From Octopus bimaculoides (Eukaryota): DNA of 49,298 bases. The stretch is from assembly GCF_001194135.2 (NCBI RefSeq), contig NC_068998.1:29105320-29154617 (forward strand), in the 5' to 3' direction. The notes under the pieces were generated by a model, which was given only the letters and a program-made list of their open reading frames with translations, had not been told where the DNA came from and made no database searches. Positions within the stretch are counted from its first letter, which is position 1; the number at the start of each line of letters is the position of its first letter. Positions 10,717 through 22,432 of this stretch are shown here, piece by piece. Position numbers and translations under genes: made by a program.

Positions 10717-13544
10717 TTATAGTCACTTTAAGTTATAGTTCATTAAATCTTTTGAAATAAAACTAACAGTGAGCATTGGTTTAAGTAAAATTCAATATCA
10801 GCTTGCACCAAAATTGCTGGAACTTTTGCTTTATATTAGACATGATTTATTTTTAATATAAAGACTGCATGGTAAGTATTGCATATATTTACGTATAAAG
10901 GCATTGCAAAATGCCTTGGATTGCTATAGCCTGATGAATATTGAATGAATTACTTGTAAATGAAGCAGTTCTAAACATTAACTGAATCATAATTGAGGAA
11001 AGTTACATACAATTCTTAGCCTTATTCACAATCCTTATGAATTTATATGATATATAAAAACAAATTGTTGTATACAGTGCTCAGGTGCACTACAACTAAA
11101 AAAAAACAAATCCATCAGGTGTACAGTTGGAGGATTTCAGGAAACATGGAAGTTTTGTGGGTTGTTGTGTATCAACTACTAACAACTTATGCAGATAGTT
11201 TATTCCATGCTTTAACAATTCTGAGTGTGAAAAAAATGTCTCCGAAAGTCATGGGTGCTGTGTTGTCTCTCTTGAAGTTCCTACAAAAGGACCATATTGA
11301 TGATTATGTAAACCTTTTATATAGGCCTGGTTTCAAAGGAAAAATGAGTCTCAAATACAATTTTAGTTGTTATATTTAGTAAAATCAAGGAGATGACAAC
11401 ACACAATGAGAAAAAGAGAGTTAGTAAAACTTTATATTAGATAGGTGTAGCATTAACAAGTTTATAAAAGATACTGTGAAACTTCAAGTAGTGTCATAGA
11501 GATTCTGCTTCAAATATGCCTTTACACAGCTGTAGCTAACAGAGTGACCAATTAGGAACTGAAAATCATTTATTACTTTGATAGATCAATGGAAGTAGTA
11601 GATGCAACTAGTAGCATTAACAAATTTGTATTGATATTGTAAAGCATTTTGTAATGATATTTCACAAGAGAATTATAAAAGATAGTTAAATTATGAAAAC
11701 CTACTTTTAGATAATTTTTTTTTTATCAAACTGATCATTTTCTTATGGGGATACTGTAGGAAGAGTTTGATGGAAGTACCATAATTTGAAAGCTCTCTGT
11801 TGGGTTCAACAGCTTCATTTTTGTGTCTTAAAATGTCATACATCCACTTTCTACTTTTCTAACTATTTCAAGATTACATGAGGTATCATTCCATGATCAA
11901 TTTCTCAATCACATTTCAAAAGTTAAGGTAAGCCTCTCCAAAACAAAAAATAATATAAAAAAACTGAGACAACTTTTATATAGATGGAATCATACTGCAA
12001 GCAACATAGTTAATTTCTTTTGTTAAGTTGTTCCATAACCTTGCTGGTATGTGATATCAGGGAGATAAGTTTATGTATTTTATCATCATCTCTACTTTTG
12101 CTTTATGGACATATATTTTTTTTCAGTTTTTTGGGGTGTTTGTGAGTGGGTGAGAAGGGATCACCATTTTGGAAACAGGTGTTGAACAATTATTGAAGAA
12201 ATATTTGAAAATTAGACTCTTTTTATATGTTTGTTGGAGAACGGGTCAGAAAACCACCAGTGGGTTTGGGATTGTTGTTGAGTTCATGTTTAATTTATTT
12301 ATTGAAGATATTATGTGGAATTGGTGATTGTCACACCTTTACACAGATCACCAATAGGGAAAGCCCGTCTGGCTCATCTGTTTCTGTGTGTATCAGTAAG
12401 GTAGTGTACACACTGCTCATCTAATGGTCTGCAGTAAATGTGAGGCATTTCTTTTGAAATATGATCCTATTTTGTAATGCGCTGAAATTGTTTTTTGCTC
12501 ATAACTTTAGTATTAGTGACGCTTTCTATAGCTCTAGTATCTTTCACTTGTCTTTTATTTTTATAGAAATACTTTATTCTATTTTCAATTTCTAAGCAAT
12601 ATTTTTAACTGTCTCATGAGACATTTCAGTATGCTGAGTTATAGAATGTGGATCCAAAGTTAGTAGAGATCCTCTTACCATAAAGTATGGCCGCAATTAA
12701 TGAGAGTCAAAAACTTGAAAGCTTTTTATTGCATAAAAGCTTCCCTGTCACTCCTGATAGACATTTTCAGGCATTACAATAACACTGGTCAACAAATTTT
12801 TTGTTGCATTGATATCAACATTTGGTATTACCAAACTTGAGAGCATAGATTTCAGCTCTGTTGATAACATAAATGTCTAAGTAATAAACTTGACTGCAAA
12901 CAGCTAGAATGCAAAACTTTAAATTGCATGTAAACTAGAGCATGTAGAACATAACCATTTTCAGATTTGAATTTAGCACATTAAAAACAAGAATCAGTAA
13001 AAAATCTTATGCAACTGAAATTTTAGAAAAATTTGTTGTTCTGTGTAATAGGTGGGCACAGTTGATAATGATGGGTGATTTCTCTAAAAGGTGTAGGTTA
13101 TGAATGCAGTTCATGTTAGTTGTGTAGCTCCTCCTCAGTGTGGTCCGTATTCATCTAAAAAATAATTATTAGACTGTTGTGACTGAACTAGTGGAATGAA
13201 AGCAATACGATTTCTTTGTTTAGTTACATCTCTTTACATTATGAGTTCATCTTTATGATTCCTGCATCCGGTGTGCATAAAATAAGGACCAGTTATAATT
13301 ATAGTTGATTAAATGCTCTACACTCCTGCCCACAATTTGTGTCTAGAATAGGTGCACTTGTTCTTTGTGGAATGTTTGTGGTGGAGTGTCCCATAGCTTG
13401 ACTGCAGATGTAGGTCAAGCATTGACCAAAGGTAGGTCAAAGACTGTTTTGTCTGTTTCTATCATTTTACATTTATGCATTTATTTTACCCAGTTATTAT
13501 CATCATCATCATCATCATCGTTATTATTGCTATTGTTGTAGTCT

Positions 13545-13820
13545 GGACAGCAAACTAACAGAATTGTTAGTGCATCAAACAAAACACTTAGTGGCATTTT
13601 TTCCAGCTCTGCATTATGAGTTTAAATCCTGCTAAAGTTAACTTTGCCTTTCATTATTTTGGGGTTGGTAAAATAAAGTATCCATCAAATACATGTAATC
13701 AACTAAACTCTTCCCCTTAAAATTGTTGATTTCTGCTAAAATTTGAAACCATTATTACTGTTGTTGTTTTTGTTGTTGTTTTTGTTATCATCAGTATTAT
13801 TATTGTTATTGTTTTTGTTT
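13545..13820 (+). mobile_element. tRNA-related SINE, family A, with (ATT/GTT)n tail abutting the last PDE4 acceptor
   Basis: Degenerate head, GAGTTTAAATCC, ACTTTGCCTTTCAT..GGGGTTGGTAAAATAAAGTA core, AAATTTGAAACC, then simple-repeat tail. Confidence 0.6.
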
Positions 13821-13823
13821 CAG

Positions 13824-14162
13824 GTCGGTTTTATTGACTACATTGTTCATCCATTATGGGAGACTTGGGCTGATTTAGTTTATCCAAGTGCACAAGATAT
13901 TTTAGATACCTTAGAAGACAACAGAGACTGGTATCAAAGTATGAATCCAATTAGTCCATCAGCTAGCTTTTGCAATCATTCAAAGGAAGGAAGCAAAGAC
14001 TCAGAAGAAAGCCGGTTTCAGTTTGATGCAGCTACTGATGAAGAAAATAGTGCGCACAGTCAGGATTCTAATACAGTAACAGTAAGGTTTGACACATCGA
14101 GTCTCAGTGAAGAAACTGTTGATCAGCTTGACAATGAAGGTGAAGAACTGCTTTATCCGTGA
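13824..14162 (+). CDS. PDE4: PDE4 terminal coding exon, ending at TGA
   Basis: tttttgtttcag| acceptor. [46 protein letters not shown]...[11 protein letters not shown]...ELLYP*. The poly-Leu N-terminal part of ORF 13743-14162 is intronic repeat sequence. Confidence 0.97.
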   Translation, partial: VGFIDYIVHPLWETWADLVYPSAQDILDTLEDNRDWYQSMNPISPSASFCNHSKEGSKDSEESRFQFDAATDEENSAHSQDSNTVTVRFDTSSLSEETVDQLDNEGEELLYP

Positions 14163-14194
14163 AAACTTATGACATAATAATTTTGAACTTATTA

Positions 14195-14345
14195 GAACAC
14201 TAACATGATGTTCATTACTGTCACACACAGTAGTGCTGAACACTAATCTGACTGTTCACTGCTGTCACACACAATCAGTAGTGTTGAACACTAACATGGC
14301 TCTGTTCACAAAAATCAGAATGCTAACATAGATTTGTTCACTGCT
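14195..14345 (+). repeat. Four degenerate 32-48-bp tandem units (GAACACTAA...TGTTCA) just after the PDE4 stop
   Basis: Unit starts at 14195, 14238, 14286 and 14318. Confidence 0.85.
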
Positions 14346-15278
14346 AAATAATTAGAAAAAACTTCTTTCTGTGGCAAATTTATCACACTGGAAAATTTTG
14401 ATTTTCTTATCTATTTGGAAGTGTTGATTTGTACTAAAGATGCTGATAATGTTAAACAGAATTAACAAAATCTCTCATTTGATTTTCTCTCTCTTGTTTA
14501 TCTCCAGATTATCCCCAATTCTAGAATATTCTCGCTACATCTTCAGCTACATTATGTGAGATGTTCCTATTTCAGTCTTCCCCTTCCTAAACAACACAAA
14601 TTTCAAAATATCTGTGATTTCTTGTTTTTCTAAGTACTTAGCTTAATGGTATACTAACAGGCTCATCTTTTATCCTTTTTGTTTCCTTTCTAAGTAAATA
14701 CTTTGGAATAGGGACCAAACTCCAACAACCAGTATCATTATAAAAATGTTAAATACTCAACTTTTAAATGTTAAAAAAAAGAAACTTTATTTAATTAACC
14801 AATGTATGTATTACTTTATTGCAATTCAAAATTTCTAGTAACACTTTCAAGCTTATGCTTTTTCATGGTTGTGCTTGAAAATGTTAAAAACATTTTTAAA
14901 AAACAAACCCAACATGTTGTAACATATTTGTCTCACAATGGTTTTGATATAAAAAATATACATTCTAATGCAGACTGAAGTAAAGAATCAAAAACCTTTG
15001 TGAACAGGATACTAAAGATAAGGCTTAAAATTGAGATTTTACAGGAAGAGGTGTAGTTTTCAGTTTATTTTGTAAATATAATTATTGTAAATGCATTTTG
15101 AAAATACACCCATAATTTTCTTCCTGAACCTCTTTTAAATTGTGTCTAGATTCATTTTAATTTGCATACTTTGTTGTTTAGAATGATTTTCAAATGTATT
15201 TATCAACATTGTTAAAACATATTATTTGTAGTAAAGATTTCTCCTACAAGGTTAATCAAAATGTTAAAGATATATGTG

Positions 15279-15312
<34 letters not shown>

Positions 15313-15500
15313 ACATTTGCATGTGTGTGAATGTGTGTATTTATGATTTTATATGTAAAAATGTTAGTGCTCCTCAATATGCACTTGCTAAAAGCCTGAC
15401 TACTAAAATACAAATATGCACGCAGACACACATATATATGTGTGTGTATATGAGTGCATAAATATACACACACACATATAGTTGAGTGTGCATGTGTGTA

Positions 15501-15545
<45 letters not shown>

Positions 15546-15706
15546 TGAAAAGATTAAGAGGTTTCATACAAGTAAATTTATATTAAAAACAAAAAGAAAA
15601 TACTTTCAGAACATTATTGTGGATAAAAGAAAGAAAATATTCACATTTTTATCAAAATTTGCTGCTGGTTTCATTTTTTTTTTTTTTAAGAGAAGGGAAA
15701 CATTGA

Positions 15707-15712
15707 AATAAA
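15707..15712 (+). promoter_or_regulatory. First canonical AATAAA after the PDE4 stop; candidate poly(A) signal (others at 16474 and 17169)
   Basis: Motif only. The AT-rich background makes chance hits common. Confidence 0.25.
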
Positions 15713-16230
15713 TTAGTTTGATTAGTTCTGTAATTTCATGTTTTCCTTACAAAAATTTATCAGCATCATGGGAAATTTGTGAGGAAAACATGCATACTTC
15801 CAGGACTGGTTGATTTAAAGATTAATTTAATTTGATTCAATTTATATTCTCTTTTCTTGCAACATGACAAAATTGTTTTAAAAACTATTGAAACCAGTAT
15901 ATTTTGATAATAATTTTAATATTTTCTTAGTTTTTATTCATGATAAAGTTTGCATAGCATTTCCTTCTTTTTGTTTTTTTAATATATATATTTGTGTGTA
16001 TGTATTTGTGTGAGTGTGCACGCTTGCGTGTGTGTGTGTGTGCATGTGTGTTAAAAGAAAAAAGGGTTACTGCACTTAAACATTTTGTAAATCCCATTTT
16101 GGGGGTAATTTTGAAGATGGCTGTGATTGGTTACTTGAATTGTTTTTGTTTATTAACAATGCAACTATCCTTTTCGTGTTTTATTTTTTAGTGTTTATCT
16201 ACTTCTTTCCTTATTTTCTCTCTCTAATCT

Positions 16231-16236
<6 letters not shown>

Positions 16237-16294
<58 letters not shown>
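16237..16294. repeat. (CT)n microsatellite, representative of many (TA)n, (CA)n and (CT)n tracts in the window
   Basis: Read directly. Others include (CA)n 18345-18404 and (TA)n about 35212-35257. Confidence 0.98.
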
Positions 16295-16299
<5 letters not shown>

Positions 16300-16521
16300 C
16301 CAACCTTTCTATCTATCTCCCCAACTTGTGTTAAATTTCTATGCTCCCTCTCATGATATTATATTACTTTGTAAAGAATATTGGCTGATGGTAATTTACA
16401 CCTTCAAAATTACCTTGAAATTTTGTTAACAAGCGGAGATAATAATATTTTAATGCTGTTGATGTAAACAGAAAATAAAAGACATTTGGCTTACTGTGTT
16501 TTATTAGGAAACTCTGAGGTT

Positions 16522-16621
16522 AACATTTGTAGACAATTTTTTGCCTTTATGTTGTTTAACATCTGTAAACAATTTTTTATGTTGTTAGCATGTGTAGACA
16601 ATTCTTTACTTTTCTGTTGTT
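16522..16621 (+). repeat. Three degenerate 29-36-bp tandem units (AACATyTGTArACAATT...TGTTGTT)
   Basis: Units start at 16522, 16558 and 16587. Confidence 0.8.
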
Positions 16622-17267
16622 CCACTATGGAAACAAAATAACTGCCTCAAATACAACAAAAAACACTATTTATTCAATATTTATTTTGAATTCGATTTTA
16701 TACTTTCAAATACATCAATGGCATATTTGAAAGTATACTGTTGAGCAATATAAAGGCAGCTCTTACATTCAACTCCTTGTTAAACAACAAGGATTCTGTA
16801 GCTATTAATTTCCTCTGAATCAGAGATTTTATGTCCTTAATCACTTCACTATTGTACTTAGGCTGATTCATAAAGTATCCCCAGATAGAGCCTATAACCT
16901 ATTTTATTTTACAACATGCAATTTATTTTTTATTAAAACCAGTAAAATTGAGAAGCAAAGAATAATTTAAGCAAGCAACACACAATTTTTGTAAGCACTT
17001 AACATTTAGTAAGCAAAACCATTTAGATTCTGCATGTATGTGTTTGCGAATATGTATTTGTGCTGTTTTGTACTTGTACATATGTATGTGCGTGTGAGAA
17101 TGTAACATATGTATATAAAGTGTATACATATGATAGCTTACTATACATGAGGTTGCTATTGAAATAACAATAAATATTCACTTGGTCAATATATGTATAT
17201 GCTTACATTTATTGGTGTTAAATATTTTTCATAACCTTTAATTTAACATGTCTGTTATATTCATAAA

Positions 17268-17298
<31 letters not shown>

Positions 17299-18049
17299 CA
17301 CAAACACATGTACACAAAATCTGTTTATAATTAAAAAAATTCTTGGTAATTTTGAATCTTTTCTGAAAGCTCAAATAGGCTACAAGAAACTGCACAGCTT
17401 AAATCTACTGTAATGCCTTTAATTTGGCTTTGACAACAAAGCAATAACCAGAATACTATTAAAAAATGTAAGTACTCAATGTTGTTGTATAAGTCATGTT
17501 ATAGGTTAATCTGTTCTGCTTTAAGATATAATGAATAGTGAAATAGTCACCATGTATTTAAGAGTCTAAACTTTACAGTCACTGCACTGTACTTCTGAGC
17601 TTACCTTATTGCAGGTTCTATGCTCTCTTCACAATTGTTCCAGTAATTTGTAAATGTCTAGCCAGTGGTTAGCATTACATGTATGTTAGCATGACAAATG
17701 AATGTAAAAAAGTAAAAGAAATGTTCCCATTAAACATTAAACTTTATTACAAATAACTTTAATGTGAACTAATAGTTTTCTGTTAGCATTCTAATAATTG
17801 CTTTGCATGAAATAACAATTGATGAATTAGATTAGAATCATTTATTTTGAGAGAAAATAAGCTATAATTACCAACTGGTAATATAATGAAATGTTGACAT
17901 TCTGTTGATGATGATAATTGACTAACACCTATAAAATATACATCAATGATAGCACTAAAACTACAGATATGGCATTTTTCTTTTCTGCCTGCTTTAGTAG
18001 AATCTAGCATCAATAGATCATATGAGTATCATTTGTAATTCCATATAAT

Positions 18050-18119
<70 letters not shown>

Positions 18120-18144
18120 AAATAAAGTATATATATATATATAT

Positions 18145-18256
18145 AAATCAGACTGGAGCCTGGTGTTGCCATCCGGTTTCACCAGTCCTCAGTCAAATCG
18201 TCCAACCCATGCTAGCATGGAAAGCGGACGTTAAACGATGATGATGATGATGATGA
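18145..18256 (+). mobile_element. Short RTE 3'-end fragment with (GAT)n tail
   Basis: TGGAGCCTGGTG...CAGTCAAATCGTCCAACCCATGCTAGCATGGAAAGCGGACGTTAAACGATGATG, near-identical to 20955-21060 and 44540-44670. Confidence 0.85.
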
Positions 18257-18341
18257 TATATATATATATGTAGATAGGTTACAATTTTTCCTAATCTCCT
18301 GTTCATAGATAGATAGATATGTAGACACATATACATACATG

Positions 18342-18419
<78 letters not shown>

Positions 18420-18908
18420 AAATTTGTAACACAAGTTACAGTCATGGATGTTAAAGTTTTATACATATAAGAAAGGAAGATTACTAAAATCTAATAAAAT
18501 ATTTTCAAGTGATTTAAACATTTTGTAAGAACTAAGATGTAATGAAGCTGCTTACAAATATCAGTTATGTTGCTTATCGAACATATTACTGAAGAACAAA
18601 TTGTGATTTCATCTTAGACTTTTAAGCATTCAGAAGTACCAAATAAATACAAACCCAAATCCACTTAAATCCTTTTTTCAAAGACCTACAATTTCTTTAG
18701 GCTCAGAATAGAAATATTTTGAGAATATAGTCTAAAGATGGAAATATGGAATGAGATATCAAAAACATGACAAGAAACTATAATGCAAAATAAAATTCTA
18801 TTTAAAATGTATTGAATGCTCTTTCAGTTAATGTTTTATGTATGATTATAGACAAAAATATGAATTAATTTATTAATGCATGTGTGTGTGTGCATGAGAG
18901 AGAGAGAA

Positions 18909-18939
<31 letters not shown>

Positions 18940-20294
18940 TTTATGATATGCAGAGTATAGAGTGTTGTCAAAATCATAATGATCTTCAATTGACAGTTGA
19001 TGAGGAGAGTAATGTTGCATGTAAAATAAAATAGAATACATTATATATTGTATATTGTGTGTGTATATATATATATTTATATATACATATGTATATCAAT
19101 TATATATTTATACATATCATATATATATTTATATATACATATATATATGTAATATTTTGGACTAATGGGTATATGTCAATTAGTGTGTTAATGTGTTGAG
19201 TAAAGTACTGGCATAGTTTGGGCTACCTGGTGTCATCTGCAGTTGGGGTATATTTCCATTGGATCTACTTCAGAAATCCCACAGTGTTAGTTAATAATTG
19301 ATTAAGTAACCAGAAGATGAATGTAGCTGATGTGACCCAAACTGCAAAATAGAAGCAACACAACATGATGCACAGAGTCCCATCCATAAGCAACAGTAGC
19401 AGGATGGGTCAAAACGATTGTTGTACAAAATAAAGACTAATACCAAATCCATCTTCTGGTATGTATGTATGTATGTATGTATGTGGGGGGACACATTCAT
19501 ACACACACAAATACATATACAGGCACACATAGACATATGTGTGTGAATGTATGCATGTGTATGTATTGTATAGAGATCAGTGACAAAGTATGACAGAACA
19601 TTTTAATATTAATACCTAATGGATTAATTAATTAAAACTGAGATTAATAATAACCACAATCAGTGCAGCTCTCTTAGGAAGGATTACTCTTTCAACAACA
19701 CCCTCCCCCGCCAAATTTGCATGTATGTATATGTACATTAGTTTATTTATAGCCCTATTTGTGTGTGTGTGTGTGTGTGCATTTGTACACACAAAAACAT
19801 GCTGATAGCCATTATGTGTGAATATGGAAAATTTTCAGTCACTTCAATGATAAATGACATTCCTAACAATTGTTCTTAGTAATTCTTTGCTTATCATTTT
19901 GCTGGCCATCTGTATTTATCCCTTTTTTTTTGAAGTTTTTTCTTTCTTTTCATCATATGTAACAGATATTCTAAAAAATTGAGAATAAGAAATACTTTTG
20001 TGAACAATTTTGGTTTAAAATCTATAAAAGGTATTAATTGCTACAGTTAACCTATAGATATGAAATTCAAAATATTTATGAACAGTTTCAGACCAAAGTT
20101 TATCAATTTTTTTGCTTTTTTTTAGCTACACACATTTTGTAGAATGATAATAAAAGCCTAAAATATTTTATCTTGGCTCATTATTCTTATCTCTCTCTCT
20201 CTCTCTCTTTCTCTCTCACTCTCTTTCTATCAATCAGTTGATTGATAGACAGATATATGGGCTCATTCTGACTTGTCTGTGGAGTCCAGAGTAA

Positions 20295-20433
20295 CAGGCT
20301 TCTGTATGATTCAGAAGTTTCCTTACCTACTACATGGTTTCAGATTCGGTCTTACTGAATATTAGGTAAGTGCATTCTATAGCCTCAAGCCTATGAGTGG
20401 ATTTGGTCAACAGAAACTAAAAGAAACCCATCA
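20295..20433 (+). mobile_element. tRNA-related SINE, family B head, degenerate
   Basis: Homology to 48664-48830 (CTATAGCCTC...GAGTGGATTTGGT...GAAACTAAAAGAA). Confidence 0.7.
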
Positions 20434-20454
20434 AAGATATATATATGTAATTTG

Positions 20455-21060
20455 GAATTTGAAATTTGAAATCTGAAATCGAAATCGAACCGAATCCAAT
20501 GACTGGCACCCATGCCAACCTCTCCTTTATTGGAGATTAAACTCTGCTTGCGAAGACCTGTTGGGCAAGTGAAATCGAAATTGAACCATACTTGATGACT
20601 GGTCACCGTGCCAGTGGAGCACTAATTGCACTGTCAAGCATGTTCATGGCCAGAGCAGCTGTCTGGCTTCCATGCTAGTGGCCCGTAAATAGCACCATTA
20701 GAGTGTAATCATTACCAGCATTGCCTTCTAGCACTTGTGCTGGTGGCACATTAGAAAATCATTCAAGCGAGGTCATTGCCAGTGCCACTGGACTGGCTCC
20801 CGTGCATGTGACATGTAAAAAACACCTTTTTGAGCATGGCCGTTGCCAGTACCGTGTGACTGGCCCTCGTACAAGTGGCATGTAAAAGCACCCACTACAC
20901 TCTTGGAGTGGTTGGCATTAGGAAGGGCATCCAGCTGTTGAAACTCTGCCAGATCAGATTGGAGCCTGGTGCAGCCTTCTGGCTTGCCAGTCCTCAGTCA
21001 AATCGTCCAACCATGCTAGAATGGAAAGCGGACGTTAAACAATGATGATGATGATGATGA
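20455..21060 (+). mobile_element. RTE-associated 3' UTR element with internal tandem modules and (GAT)n tail
   Basis: GAAATC repeats, several TGCYRGTGGCAYGTAAAAGCACC-like modules, the AGGAAGGGCATCCAGCTG motif and tail. Homologous to 46493-47000 on the minus strand. Confidence 0.8.
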
Positions 21061-21083
21061 TATATATATATATATATATACAT

Positions 21084-21475
21084 GCAGGCATGGCTATATG
21101 GTAAGACACTTACTTTCCAACCACATGGTTCCACTGCATGGCACCTTAGGCAAGTGTCTTCTACTATAGCCTCAGGCCGACCAAAGCCTTGTGAGTGGAT
21201 TTGGTAGACAGAAACTGAAAGAAGGCCATCATATATATTATGTGTGTATGTGTGTGTGTGTGTGTGTGTCTTTGTATCTGTGTTTGTCCCCCAACCACTG
21301 CTTGACAACCGGTGTTGGTGTGATTGTGTCCCCATAACCTAGCACTTCAGCAAAAAAGGCTGATAGAATAAGTACCAGGCTTAAAAAAATAAGTACCGGA
21401 GTCAATTCATTTGACTAAAAATTCAAGTTGGTGCCCCAGCTTGGCCGCAGTTTAGTGAGTGAAACGAGTAAAAAG
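21084..21475 (+). mobile_element. tRNA-related SINE, family B, full length (head + internal microsatellite + tail)
   Basis: A-box-like TGGCTATATGG, internal (TA/TG)n, tail GATAGAATAAGTAC...CCAGCTTGGCCGCAG...GAAACGAGTAAAA. Confidence 0.8.
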
Positions 21476-21970
21476 ATATATATATATATTGTATGTTTGT
21501 GCCTAGTTGTCTGGACATCATGTGATAGTTGTAAACAAACCTCATCATCATACAAGCTGTGCCATTTGTTTCCAATTTTCCATGGAAAACATGTCACTTT
21601 ATATGGAAACAGGCAAGGGTTGGTGACAGGAATTGTATATGGCTGTAAAAAATCTGCCTCAATAATATTTAGTTGATAATAATGAGAATATATATAGAGA
21701 TGTCTAAGTACATTGGTGTAAAACAAAGTGGAGAAAATAATACTCAAACACACATTATCCAAGTGAGGTTGTATAGAGAGAAGAAGGTAAGCAGTTGAAA
21801 GAAAGAGCACAGAAAGTATAGTGTGTTTATTATTGAAAATGACAGGAGAAAATGGCAGGCAGTGTTAACAGTTTTGGTCAAGTTAAGATGTGTAGCAGGT
21901 GCTATTGCAGATAAAAAGTGAAGTAGTGCAATGTGAACTATTACTAGGTGCAGTAGCTGACAGAAACTAT

Positions 21971-22378
21971 CTCTTTTACTTGTTTCAGTCATTTGACTGT
22001 GGCCATGCTGGAGCACTGCCTTTTAGTCGAGCAAATCGACCCTGGGACTTATTCCTTGTAAGCCTAGTACTTATTCTATCGGTCTCTTTTGTCGAACTGC
22101 CAAGTTACGGGGACATAAGCACACTAGCATCAGTTGTCAAGCAATGCTAGGGGGACAAACACAGACACACAAACACAAATACACACACACATATATATAT
22201 ATACATATATACGACGGGCTTCTTTCAGTTTCCGTCTACCAAATCCACTCACAAGGCTTTGGTCGGCCCGAGGCTATAGTAGAAGACACTTGCCCAAGAT
22301 GCCATGCAGTGGGACTGAACCCAGAACCATGTGGTTGGTAAGCAAGCTACTTACCACACAGCCACTCCTGCACCTATA
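21971..22378 (-). mobile_element. tRNA-related SINE, family B, full length
   Basis: Reverse complement of the 48664-49093 pattern. A box TGGCTGTGTGG and B box GGGTTCAGTCCC are intact. Confidence 0.88.
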
Positions 22379-22432
22379 GCCACTCCTGTGCCTATAGCCA
22401 CTCCTGCACCTATAGCCACTCCTGCGCCTATG
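22361..22432. repeat. 18-bp tandem repeat (GCCACTCCTGyrCCTATA) x4 at the SINE 5' end
   Basis: Units start at 22361, 22379, 22397 and 22415. Confidence 0.95.

Noticed and set aside
13743-13823. Hydrophobic poly-Leu 'signal peptide' at the start of ORF 13743-14162
   Set aside because: Translation of an intronic SINE tail upstream of the real acceptor at 13822-13823.
15071-15078. Pumilio element UGUAAAUA in the presumptive PDE4 3' UTR
   Set aside because: Expected by chance in sequence this AT-rich; needs conservation data.
22361-22432. CRISPR-like appearance of short tandem repeats here and at 6409 and 14195
   Set aside because: No unique spacers, eukaryotic context and no cas genes.
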